From a virus (taxonomy: Duplodnaviria > Caudoviricetes): a DNA stretch of 25,228 nt. The position numbers were made by a program, and so were the translations under genes. Shown here piece by piece: positions 9,164-17,325 of this stretch. Location of the stretch: IMG/VR virus record IMGVR_UViG_3300045580_000568, positions 1 to 25,228 of that record; one strand, written 5' to 3'. Below the pieces are notes generated by a model, which saw only the letters and a program-made list of their open reading frames with translations, was not told where the DNA came from and ran no database searches. Positions within the stretch are counted from its first letter, which is position 1; every line of letters starts with the position of its first letter.

Positions 9164-9621
9164 GCCAGTACGCATATGTTGAAAATGGCGCAATAGTAGA
9201 ATTTAAAGAGATATCAGATGATACTTATAATTCGTGGGTATCATCAGGAAATCCAAAGAAAGACTTTTACAAAATTGTAGTATTTAATCAGCCTCCAATT
9301 GTCTCTGATTCGGAAGTGGCAACCTATGTATTTGAGATAGGAATTAATTCGGTCACGCAAGTATGGTCTGTTAGAAATAAAAATGCAGACGAACTTAGAA
9401 AAACATATACTGCATATCAATTTATACTTAGATTTACTTCCGAAGAAAGAACGGCATATAGAAACGCGGCAAAGACAGATGACAATGTAGCGGACTTCAT
9501 GAGTCTTGCTCAGGCTGCACAGGAGATAATAAACGACGATCCTATGACTGTTGCAGGCATGAATTACTTAGTTAGTCTTGGTATAATAAGCGAAGCAAGA
9601 AAAAACGAAATACTTGGGTGA
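9160..9621 (+). CDS. Hypothetical protein, possible tail fibre assembly/chaperone
   Basis: Follows fibre genes. MSQYA.V..G.IV start and C-terminal 'F..RFT.EE........I...DP....G...LV..G.I...R..EIL' pattern seen downstream of phage fibres. Confidence 0.5.
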   Translation: MSQYAYVENGAIVEFKEISDDTYNSWVSSGNPKKDFYKIVVFNQPPIVSDSEVATYVFEIGINSVTQVWSVRNKNADELRKTYTAYQFILRFTSEERTAYRNAAKTDDNVADFMSLAQAAQEIINDDPMTVAGMNYLVSLGIISEARKNEILG

Positions 9622-9627
9622 TCTTGC

Positions 9628-9657
9628 AAAGGTATACAAGATTTAGATATTTAATTA
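9628..9657 (+). promoter_or_regulatory. Putative phage late promoter, AAAGGTAT-N16-TAAT
   Basis: GGTAT 9631-9635, 16 nt, TAATTA at 9652. Intergenic, upstream of the terminase operon. Confidence 0.55.
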
Positions 9658-9679
9658 AATGCAGGAAAAGGGTTGCATC

Positions 9680-10039
9680 ATGCAGCAAACTGCCTTGCGT
9701 TACATCTTGGTCGTTCCTGCTTACAAGCAGATTGCAGTTAACGCCATTTTGCGCAAGCTGGAAGACAGAGCCAAAGCTTTGTATTCCATAGAAAATGGCT
9801 GCTCTAGATTTGGGGTATTTCCCCCATCTCATTTTTATTGTGCATACCTGACTCAAGAGGCATTTGATGTTGCTACTATTGTTTTGGATAACAAAATGTC
9901 TCACTGCTACTGGTGTAGTTTCTTCGATGGGGATTTCGTTTGGGATACTAATTCGGCAGAGTGTGCGACAAGAATTGGGGAAAAAGTGTCTGATAATGAG
10001 TTTCTCAAGTTCATAGGTCTTAAGTCGATAAAAAAGTAA
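9680..10039 (+). CDS. Hypothetical protein immediately upstream of terL
   Basis: ORF 9659..10039. ATG 9680 preferred because it has a purine-rich SD (AGGAAAAGGG) and lies downstream of the putative promoter. TAATG coupling to terL. No TerS motif recognised. Confidence 0.55.
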   Translation: MQQTALRYILVVPAYKQIAVNAILRKLEDRAKALYSIENGCSRFGVFPPSHFYCAYLTQEAFDVATIVLDNKMSHCYWCSFFDGDFVWDTNSAECATRIGEKVSDNEFLKFIGLKSIKK

Positions 10040-11871
10040 TGGCAAAAAGAGGAAGACCAACAAAACCTAGCGAGTTCCTTAGACAGCTAGGAGATCTTAG
10101 AAAGGTAATAGAGAGCACATCTACATCCTCGGATGTGCATAGGAAAATCCCTTCAATAGAGGAGTTCATGGACAGCGAGGACTATCTAGCCTTGCCTTTG
10201 AGAACTCCTCAGCCTGTAAAACTTTTCCCCATGCAGAGGATAGCACTTAAGGCTTTTTATAGAGGCACAGAAGGCAATGAAAATCTTGTGCTTACAAAAG
10301 AAGAGCTGCAACTTTGTCGTGATATGGGCTTGGACGATGAGGATAATGGCGATTTTATATCCAAATATGAATCCGGCAATTTATTTACTGAAATGGTTCT
10401 TGTATGGGGCAGAAGGTCGGGAAAAGATTTTTGCGTTGCAATTATAGCTCTGTATGAAGCTCTTAAGTTGCTAGAAGCTCCCAGTGGCGATCCTCATGCC
10501 CTCTATGGGCTAGGTGGAGGAGCTCCTTTTAATATTCTTACGATAGCAAACTCTGCTTCTCAGGCTCAGGTTCTTTTCAATGAAATAAAAGACAAAATAC
10601 TTCCGTCCAAGTATTTTCAGACCAAGATGAGCAATGAGAGCATAACTAGTGACTCCATACATTTGCTTACTCCAGCAGACATGAAGAAAAACATGGAGAT
10701 GAAGGCTAAAAACCTTCCTCAGACATTGGGAAGCGTTATAATAAAATCAGGTCACAGCAATTCTGACTCATTGGCTGGTATAGGTTGCTACTGTCTTCTG
10801 CTGGACGAGATAGGTCTTTACAAGCAGACATCGGGAGCATCAGGCGGAGAGGCTATTTATAGAACACTTACTCCTGCAACCGCTACTTACGTTAGGAAGA
10901 AGAAATTTATAGACAAGGATGGAAATGAAGTAGAAAAATCCATATATGATGGTAAGATTATATGCATAAGCAGCCCTCGAGGAAAGGAAGGCATATTCTA
11001 TGAATTATTTTCTGGTTCTAAGTCAGTCCCTCACCGTATAACATGCAGGCTTCCAACTTGGAAGGTTAACATAAACCAGTCACTTGAAGATCTTCGGACT
11101 AAATTTGGAGCAATGAGCGACGAAGAGTTCATGATGGAGTTTGGTGCAGAATTCTCGGGAATGTCTGGCCAGACATTTTTCTCAAGAGATGTGGTGGAGT
11201 CATGTTTTGTAAACAATCTTAAGCTTAAGGAAAGAGGAGAGGCAGGTAGGATGTATTATTGCCATCTTGATCCTGCTACGAGTTCTCACAATTATGCTTT
11301 GGCTGTAGTCCATAGAGAGGACTTTGTAAATAAAGAGACAGGAAAAGCAGATTTTAGAGTTGTAGTTGACCACCTTAAGGTATGGACTCCGAGTAAAAAT
11401 AGGCCTATAGTTAGCAGAGAAATAGACGACTATATCATTAAATTAAATCAAAACTTTCTTCTAGCCCAGGTGTCTTTTGACCAGTGGAATTCCGCTCAGA
11501 GCATAGAGAACCTTAGGAAACATGGTATCCCAGCCAAGCTTACAAGATTTACAAAAAGATACAAAATAATTATATACGACAACTTGTACGACATAGCAAG
11601 TTCTGGCAGACTGAAGATTCCGCACGATGATATACTGAAAAACGAAATGATATATCTTCAGAGAAGGTTTACTCCTACAGGATACAGGGTTTTTGCCAAA
11701 AAAGACGGTCTAGTAAAAACAGATGATTCTGTGGATGCGCTGGCTGGTGCTTGCTATGGATGCATTCAGGAAAATGTAGAAAGGCTGCCAAGCGGAAGGC
11801 TGGCTAGAATGAATTTATGGAGTCTACCATCAAGTTCTCCAGGATTGAGTAATCCCTTTTTTAACAGATAA
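10039..11871 (+). CDS. terL: Terminase large subunit
   Basis: Q motif (LFPMQ), Walker A WGRRSGKD, ANSASQA, Walker B LLLDEI, coupling motif ISSP.G, EFGAEF, and RNase H/RuvC-like nuclease acidic residues HLDPA, FDQWNS and DDSVDAL. Confidence 0.93.
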   Translation: MAKRGRPTKPSEFLRQLGDLRKVIESTSTSSDVHRKIPSIEEFMDSEDYLALPLRTPQPVKLFPMQRIALKAFYRGTEGNENLVLTKEELQLCRDMGLDDEDNGDFISKYESGNLFTEMVLVWGRRSGKDFCVAIIALYEALKLLEAPSGDPHALYGLGGGAPFNILTIANSASQAQVLFNEIKDKILPSKYFQTKMSNESITSDSIHLLTPADMKKNMEMKAKNLPQTLGSVIIKSGHSNSDSLAGIGCYCLLLDEIGLYKQTSGASGGEAIYRTLTPATATYVRKKKFIDKDGNEVEKSIYDGKIICISSPRGKEGIFYELFSGSKSVPHRITCRLPTWKVNINQSLEDLRTKFGAMSDEEFMMEFGAEFSGMSGQTFFSRDVVESCFVNNLKLKERGEAGRMYYCHLDPATSSHNYALAVVHREDFVNKETGKADFRVVVDHLKVWTPSKNRPIVSREIDDYIIKLNQNFLLAQVSFDQWNSAQSIENLRKHGIPAKLTRFTKRYKIIIYDNLYDIASSGRLKIPHDDILKNEMIYLQRRFTPTGYRVFAKKDGLVKTDDSVDALAGACYGCIQENVERLPSGRLARMNLWSLPSSSPGLSNPFFNR

Positions 11872-11872
11872 G

Positions 11873-11902
11873 GCAGGTATGGTTTAAAATAACCACTAAT
11901 AT
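11873..11902 (+). promoter_or_regulatory. Putative phage late promoter, CAGGTAT-N16-TAATAT (possibly leaderless transcript)
   Basis: GGTAT 11876-11880, 16 nt, TAATAT 11897-11902, then 6 nt to ATG 11909, which has no SD. Confidence 0.55.
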
Positions 11903-11908
11903 ACAGTC

Positions 11909-12619
11909 ATGTTCAACCTATCAAAATTTATAAACAAAGTATTCGGCATGGAAAAAATTGCTGCAAGGGAATCCGAGCTAGAGGCAGAGAGGAAGAAGCA
12001 GGGATTATCTGCAGGCGAAGATACTGTTCAAAAGGCTCTGCATGTCGACAGGCATGACGAGGATATGCCTGTTATTGAATCTAGTCTTGACGATGCCAGG
12101 TCTGGATCGGATGTCGATTCCGTCATAGAAGCATCTATAGAAAATCATAAGGGGTATGCTGGCAGGCAGTCAGATAAAACTGACAACTATGGAGATGTTA
12201 CTCCCATGTCTGTGGCTTCTGAATCATGGGACTCAGCGGCTCGTGAATTGTACAGAAAAGAACTTGAAAAAATGGGCGAAAATAAATCTTTGCTCAGTAA
12301 GTACATTGGAGACAGGCACAATATTGAACTGAAGAAGAAAAGTATTCCCGCTGCAAACTATGGTCTTCCTAATAATCCAGAAAGATTCTCTTCTTTTGAT
12401 GGAGTTCCAGTTGCTGATGCCACTAAGAATATGAAGAATTATTCTAGCAAACCTAAGATAGAGAAGATTGCTTCCAACATAATGGACATAGATGCCATGA
12501 GGTTTGCAATAGAGTATTCTGCAGCGCAAAGAGGATTCAAGACTCAGAAGGAAGAGACTATTCTTGCTAATTTGACTTCAGAAAAGAAGAGAATACTTAG
12601 CGGGAATATAAGTGTTTAA
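11909..12619 (+). CDS. Hypothetical protein (putative head-associated)
   Basis: 236-aa ORF starting MFNLSKF. Contains EKIAA and EKIAS motifs. Confidence 0.65.
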   Translation: MFNLSKFINKVFGMEKIAARESELEAERKKQGLSAGEDTVQKALHVDRHDEDMPVIESSLDDARSGSDVDSVIEASIENHKGYAGRQSDKTDNYGDVTPMSVASESWDSAARELYRKELEKMGENKSLLSKYIGDRHNIELKKKSIPAANYGLPNNPERFSSFDGVPVADATKNMKNYSSKPKIEKIASNIMDIDAMRFAIEYSAAQRGFKTQKEETILANLTSEKKRILSGNISV

Positions 12620-13091
12620 GATATTGTCCTCATCTTACCTGAGGAGAACAGCTCAGAGCAGATCTGGAACTCCTGTGGCTTTTCAAAGTCCATTCGAGAA
12701 AAAAGATCCATACAAGTTGTATACTTTGCCAAATGATGGCAACGGCAGAAAAATGACCACTATGGGTACTCAGGGCTTCAGTGGTCAGCCTTCGGATGTT
12801 TCTAGCGCAATGGTTGGCGGCACTAAATTTGAAGGTGTAAATCCAGACATTCCGCACCCATTCTCTGAACGAGGCGATGATAAATCTGGATATTCTGATC
12901 CAGATCATCCGTTTTACCCTGATGACAGTCAGCCATCAGGGGGCACGGGCAATTGGCAGGCATTTGTCAGCCCAGACAATCCTTTATCTATAAACCAGCA
13001 GGCTTTTGACCCATCTCAATCTCTAGACCGCAATCCTCGTGGTCCTCAAGGCGACCTTGAGAGCAAGATAGTAAGCCTGGGTCGAAAATAG
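12612..13091 (+). CDS. Hypothetical Pro/Gly/Asp-rich protein
   Basis: GTG start overlapping the upstream stop. RRTAQ motif followed by low-complexity, probably disordered sequence. Confidence 0.6.
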   Translation: MFKILSSSYLRRTAQSRSGTPVAFQSPFEKKDPYKLYTLPNDGNGRKMTTMGTQGFSGQPSDVSSAMVGGTKFEGVNPDIPHPFSERGDDKSGYSDPDHPFYPDDSQPSGGTGNWQAFVSPDNPLSINQQAFDPSQSLDRNPRGPQGDLESKIVSLGRK

Positions 13092-13106
13092 CCTAAAGGA
13101 GAAAAT

Positions 13107-13757
13107 ATGAAAGTTAAAGTTACTAATAAAGTCAAGGGAGAGATTGTTATTCCATGCTTGGGTGGATCCCTAAAGAAGGGGGATACTCTGAATATAGATG
13201 CATATAAATCTTCTCATCAGGATGTTCTGTGGGCTCTCCATCATGGATATTTAGAGCTGCTTGATAAGAATCCGGGAGAAGAGCCCATGGGTGATGTTGT
13301 TTGTTTTACAAACAGCACCAATAGGACATTGACTGGAAGGATGTTCGCCAAGCCTCTGGATCCATCTCGAAGCATTGTTGTGAAAAAGAGCGATCCTGTT
13401 TTCGAGGAACTTATGCGAATGGTTACAGCAGGAAAGTTGAAAGCAACCTCAAATGATTCTGAAAAAACAGACAATGAGGTAAAACCAGCTTTAGATAAGC
13501 AAGTTGCAAATGACAACTCTAAGAAAGACGCTGCTAGTAGCAATAACAATGCAATAAGATCATTTAAGAAGACATCTAGCTCAAAAAAGAAAAAAGACAA
13601 CAGTTCCAAGTCTGAACAGGCAAAAAATGATAAAAATTCAGATATTTTGTCTGCTCGGGAGGATAAGGTGTCTGCATCTCCAAAAATAAGTAATGGCACC
13701 ACGGTAATGCAGTCAGATGGGATAATTTTTGCAGATATGAATGGTGAAGTTACATGA
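13107..13757 (+). CDS. Hypothetical protein with two tandem small domains and a Lys/Ser-rich tail
   Basis: Strong SD AAGGAG. Two ~55-aa units ('VTN.......L....L..G....I ... L..GYL' and 'FTN.T...L.....L.P..S.VV ... M..AGKL'). Confidence 0.7.
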   Translation: MKVKVTNKVKGEIVIPCLGGSLKKGDTLNIDAYKSSHQDVLWALHHGYLELLDKNPGEEPMGDVVCFTNSTNRTLTGRMFAKPLDPSRSIVVKKSDPVFEELMRMVTAGKLKATSNDSEKTDNEVKPALDKQVANDNSKKDAASSNNNAIRSFKKTSSSKKKKDNSSKSEQAKNDKNSDILSAREDKVSASPKISNGTTVMQSDGIIFADMNGEVT

Positions 13758-13897
13758 AAAGAATAGCATCAGACAGTGCAAAAAATAAGATAATGAAGAC
13801 TAAGAAGAGAAATAGATCTACTCTTTGTAGATACTTTACTCTTATATATCCTAAGGAATATGCAGAGGGAGTTGCTGGTGGCAAGTGTCCAAAATGA
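13754..13897 (+). CDS. Small basic protein (47 aa), absent from the ORF track
   Basis: ATGA overlap with the upstream stop. Translates to MKRIASDSAKNKIMKTKKRNRSTLCRYFTLIYPKEYAEGVAGGKCPK. Fills the gap and shares a motif with the C-terminus of 16630..17325. Confidence 0.7.
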   Translation: MKRIASDSAKNKIMKTKKRNRSTLCRYFTLIYPKEYAEGVAGGKCPK

Positions 13898-14657
13898 TTC
13901 GTTGAAAGAAACTATAAGTAAGATGGTTATATCTGACTTAAACGGATATGGCATTGAATTTGTAAATGGAGCTGTAATTTTAAATAAGCAAAACCAAGGC
14001 GATGTAGCTGAATTCTGCAGAAAGCAAAAAGAAAAGCTAGTTGATCTAGAGTCTAATCTTAAGCAGGTATGGAATTCAATACCTCTTTACTTGGCTGAGG
14101 ACATTGGAGTCTCTTCCCCAGAAGGGAGAAGAGTGCTTAATCAAGCGATATACTGCCTATACAGGAAGTCTGTCCGTCATGACGTGCTCAAGTCTATGAG
14201 GATATCTCATTATTTGGAAAAAGCCTATTCGGAATCTTTTGAAAGATGGAGCGATAAGACCTCTGAAGACCTTGCATACGTTTGCATGAAAATAGATCAG
14301 ATAGAAAGCAGTATAAGAAAGACTGCTTTTACATGCGCTGCGGTTAGATACCTTGACGACGAGATAAAGAAATTTGCTCAAACAAATGGCACTTCAGTCC
14401 AGGGTCCATATTCCAATCTTGATCTGCCCGTGGCAGAGCGCTGGTACTTGTGGTCTGATGTTTCAGACGAGGTTGATGGCAGAAGAGACTCAATAAGATC
14501 GTCAAGAAGATACCAGATGGGATTGGAGGATTCTGATCCATCAAGTGTAAAAGAAGGTTTCTACTGGCGGGAACTTAGAAATGAGCCATATAAATTCGAC
14601 ATGCTTTATCCAGACTCTCCGTATCCATACAGGAGTTTAATATGGGGGAATCCATGA
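13878..14657 (+). CDS. Hypothetical protein (putative head-associated)
   Basis: ORF 13860..14657. GTG 13878 preferred (SD GAGGGAG 6 nt upstream). RKTAF and KKFAQ motifs precede a Trp/Tyr/Pro-rich C-terminal segment. Confidence 0.65.
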   Translation: MASVQNDSLKETISKMVISDLNGYGIEFVNGAVILNKQNQGDVAEFCRKQKEKLVDLESNLKQVWNSIPLYLAEDIGVSSPEGRRVLNQAIYCLYRKSVRHDVLKSMRISHYLEKAYSESFERWSDKTSEDLAYVCMKIDQIESSIRKTAFTCAAVRYLDDEIKKFAQTNGTSVQGPYSNLDLPVAERWYLWSDVSDEVDGRRDSIRSSRRYQMGLEDSDPSSVKEGFYWRELRNEPYKFDMLYPDSPYPYRSLIWGNP

Positions 14658-15016
14658 GTAATATAAATGCAAAGACATCAATGCTTTCCTTGTTTGTATC
14701 ATCGAATAGCGGTAATAGTCCATTTCAGGGAAGAATTCTTCTTGACATGTTCAAGTTTGGCAAGGGCAAGTTTTTAGGCATACCTTCTCATGTTGGGTCT
14801 TCTCAGATAAATGACCTCAAGATGTCAGGATTGATAGATATCGATAGGAACAACAACATATACCCGACAAAAAATGGCAGAAGAGTGCTGGAAAACCTTA
14901 TCCTTGGAGAAGATGACTGCACGTATCCTCTTAAGGAGGCAAGGGCTGCGGATAAGTTCAAAAAAGGAATTCCGCTTCATCTTTTGGCAAAATCTTCTTC
15001 TGTCTCGAGGATGTGA
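14654..15016 (+). CDS. Hypothetical protein, possible winged-helix domain
   Basis: ATG 14654 (ATGA overlap, GGGGG SD). 'INDLKMSGLI....NNNIYPTKNGRRVL' resembles the wHTH wing/'T..G' pattern. Confidence 0.5.
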   Translation: MSNINAKTSMLSLFVSSNSGNSPFQGRILLDMFKFGKGKFLGIPSHVGSSQINDLKMSGLIDIDRNNNIYPTKNGRRVLENLILGEDDCTYPLKEARAADKFKKGIPLHLLAKSSSVSRM

Positions 15017-15222
15017 TGGAAGTCGTGTTCTTTTATAAAGATCAAGCAGACAAGAAGAGCCTGGTAAACAGGATAGGCAATCAGGACTGGGCTGAAGATT
15101 TCGAGGTATCTGACAGTCAGTCAAGAGTAATAGTTTCTGTTGCATCTGGCATGGAGGATGAAGCTGATTCATTCTCCATAAAAGAAAGATATCGAGGAAG
15201 AAAGGTAATAATCGATGCCTAG
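15013..15222 (+). CDS. Small hypothetical protein
   Basis: 69 aa, overlaps both neighbours and fills the gap in a coupled gene array. Confidence 0.55.
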   Translation: MMEVVFFYKDQADKKSLVNRIGNQDWAEDFEVSDSQSRVIVSVASGMEDEADSFSIKERYRGRKVIIDA

Positions 15223-15976
15223 GGGTATGGCTCAGATATCTTGCGAAATAGCTGATAATCCGTCAGCATATCAGCGCGGTCTTATGTTTAGAAAAGACCT
15301 GCCAGAGGACAGCGGCATGCTTTTTGATTTCAAAAAAAGCCAAGGACTTTCATTCTGGGGCATGAACACATTTATTCCTTTAGACATTGCATTTATCACA
15401 GATGAAGGAATAATAGACAGTATAGGCATTATAAAACCGCATAGACTTGAGTCTGTGAAAAGCACAAAGCCATGCAAATACGCAGTTGAAGTTCCTGAAG
15501 GAACTTTTTCTAGGCATGGAATCTCATCTGGTGACTTTGCTGAAATATTGCGCAACGGATCAACGGCTAGCGTTATACTGATTAAAAAAATACCACATGG
15601 CAGCATTAAAGTGGCGGCATCCGACATGGATGTCGGTGGTAAGTTCAATATAGAAAGCGAGACAGAGCCGGCCAAGGATTCCTTAAAAAGAATTACTACT
15701 GCGCCTGCTGTGCCCAGTTTTTCTGGGGTATTTGATGCTCTTAAGTGGTGTATCGCAAATAACCAAGTATGTAGAATATCATACAGAACCGAAAGCGGCA
15801 GGGTGGTCAATAGGGATGTTGAGCCTCACGATATATTCTATAGTAGCAATAAACGTCATCAAATATTGTCGGCTTGGGACGAAAATGCTGTAAGTCCTCG
15901 TAGTTATATTGTAATGAGAATAATTTCTTATGCAATTCCTGGAAGGAAATTCACTCCAAAAATACAACTTTACTAA
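15215..15976 (+). CDS. DUF192-domain / WYL-domain fusion protein
   Basis: N-terminal EIAD....QRGLMFR..LP...GMLF.F....SFW..NT.IPLDIAFI...YAVEVP.G (DUF192). C-terminal ISYRT..G....RDVEPH......LSAWD.....RSY...RI (WYL, SH3-like). Confidence 0.8.
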   Translation: MPRGMAQISCEIADNPSAYQRGLMFRKDLPEDSGMLFDFKKSQGLSFWGMNTFIPLDIAFITDEGIIDSIGIIKPHRLESVKSTKPCKYAVEVPEGTFSRHGISSGDFAEILRNGSTASVILIKKIPHGSIKVAASDMDVGGKFNIESETEPAKDSLKRITTAPAVPSFSGVFDALKWCIANNQVCRISYRTESGRVVNRDVEPHDIFYSSNKRHQILSAWDENAVSPRSYIVMRIISYAIPGRKFTPKIQLY

Positions 15977-15977
15977 T

Positions 15978-16571
15978 ATGGAAAACTTAATTAAAGAAAT
16001 TATCATATCAGCACAGGGGTTAGACAACAGGGGCATGCACAAGGAGTCCAAGGCTCTAGATGATATTGCCAGTTCTCTTATCATGATAAAAGAGGCTCAA
16101 TACGACGGCACTCAAGGGTATTTTGTAAGAAATACAAGATGCTGGAACGGTTGTTTCAGAGAGAAAAGAGCCAAAGGGATGACATCCAATGAGGCTTGGG
16201 AGTCATGCCATTCCGAGTGGTTAGATACTGCAATGGGCAATGGCTCTGAAAAATGGGACAAATATGCTGGAGACGAATCTCCAATCAAGGTAGCCAGCGT
16301 CAACGACTTCATATCCATATCCGCAGACGAGGCCCTTAACAATGTAATTAATGATAGGGTGGACAGTGGAATCTCCATCGAGCATGCTGTGCCCATGAGC
16401 CTTGCAGAGAGAAGCATAGCAATCGCTTCTAAGCTTTCTGGCGTAGCCGATGAACTGCAAAAAATAGCGTCTGAGACATCTGTTTCTGGAACATCTGAAA
16501 CTTTGTCAAGCATAGCTGAAGAGATATCCAACATAGCAGCGGAAGAATATGTAAAATCTATATCATATTAA
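15978..16571 (+). CDS. Hypothetical protein (putative head-associated)
   Basis: ATG 15978 directly after the upstream stop. Helical 'A..LD..G....S..LD' N-terminus, then KEAQ, a Cys/Trp segment (CWNGC...AWESC), KVAS and KIAS. Confidence 0.65.
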   Translation: MENLIKEIIISAQGLDNRGMHKESKALDDIASSLIMIKEAQYDGTQGYFVRNTRCWNGCFREKRAKGMTSNEAWESCHSEWLDTAMGNGSEKWDKYAGDESPIKVASVNDFISISADEALNNVINDRVDSGISIEHAVPMSLAERSIAIASKLSGVADELQKIASETSVSGTSETLSSIAEEISNIAAEEYVKSISY

Positions 16572-16601
16572 AAAGGTATTGATTGATAAAAATAGTATAT
16601 A
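16572..16601 (+). promoter_or_regulatory. Putative phage late promoter, AAAGGTAT-N16-TATATA
   Basis: GGTAT 16575-16579, 16 nt, TATATA at 16596. Intergenic, followed by SD AAGGAG and ATG 16630. Confidence 0.55.
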
Positions 16602-16629
16602 AAATGCCAATATTAGCAAGGAGCAATAA

Positions 16630-17325
16630 ATGAAATTCTTTTCAAGCAAGATATATGTGAATGGAGCAAGCAGGAGTTTTGATGACATCGTAAAGGATGT
16701 CGCTGGGGGCATGAAGAAGCAGGCCAGCGTGCAGGCTGATGCACCACAGCAGGTTAAAGAAGCCAAGAAGGCAAAAACAAACGCTGATGGTGATCCTAAA
16801 GGCAAGGGCAAGGGCAAGGGCGAGAGCGTATTAACTCCTGCCCAGAAAAAATTGCCTCCTGCTCTTAGGAATGCGATAGAAGGCAAAAAGTCATCTGTCA
16901 ACGGAGAGGAAGTTAAAATAGCTTCTATCAAGGCAAGAGACAATAATACTGCAGAGGTTGAATTTGCTCCAACGGTAGCAAAGTATGCAGAGATCGAGAT
17001 ATCTGATGATGGTCGCGTTAAATCTGCTGGATGGAGCGAGTCAATGGGTTCCACTGAGTCCATGATGTCCGCGGAGTCCAAGGAGGAAGGCGACAAGCAT
17101 GAGGACGATGATGTGGAGGCTGCAGCCTCTGGCGCAGAAGCAGGCGTAGGTGAAGGTGCAGAGGCAGGAATGGGATGCGAGTCCTGTGGCACTACCATGG
17201 CTTCTTCCAGCGACTTTGTCAAGGTAGCCAATCTTACTGACAAGCAGAAGTCAGCTTTCCGTAGTTACTGGCAGAATGTGTGGCCGAAAGAGTTCATTGA
17301 CGCCGTATTAGATAAGGATCAGTAA
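16630..17325 (+). CDS. Hypothetical protein (putative head-associated, multiple K-x-A motifs)
   Basis: SD AAGGAG. KQAS, KEAK, KIAS, KYAE, KSAG and KVAN motifs, a KGKGKGKG run, LTPAQKKLPPAL, an acidic tract, CESC, and C-terminal YW..VWPKEF.DA. Confidence 0.75.
   Translation: MKFFSSKIYVNGASRSFDDIVKDVAGGMKKQASVQADAPQQVKEAKKAKTNADGDPKGKGKGKGESVLTPAQKKLPPALRNAIEGKKSSVNGEEVKIASIKARDNNTAEVEFAPTVAKYAEIEISDDGRVKSAGWSESMGSTESMMSAESKEEGDKHEDDDVEAAASGAEAGVGEGAEAGMGCESCGTTMASSSDFVKVANLTDKQKSAFRSYWQNVWPKEFIDAVLDKDQ

Noticed and set aside
9659-10039. Terminase small subunit by position
   Set aside because: No HTH or coiled-coil oligomerisation pattern is visible. Position alone is insufficient.
11854-11865. 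CCCTTTTTTAAC near the terL stop as a slippery site
   Set aside because: Not an in-frame X_XXY_YYZ heptamer, and no unexplained downstream reading frame needs it.
13816-13832. Hairpin ATCTAC-TCTTT-GTAGAT
   Set aside because: Short AT-rich stem inside the 47-aa ORF with no proper U-tract. Expected by chance.
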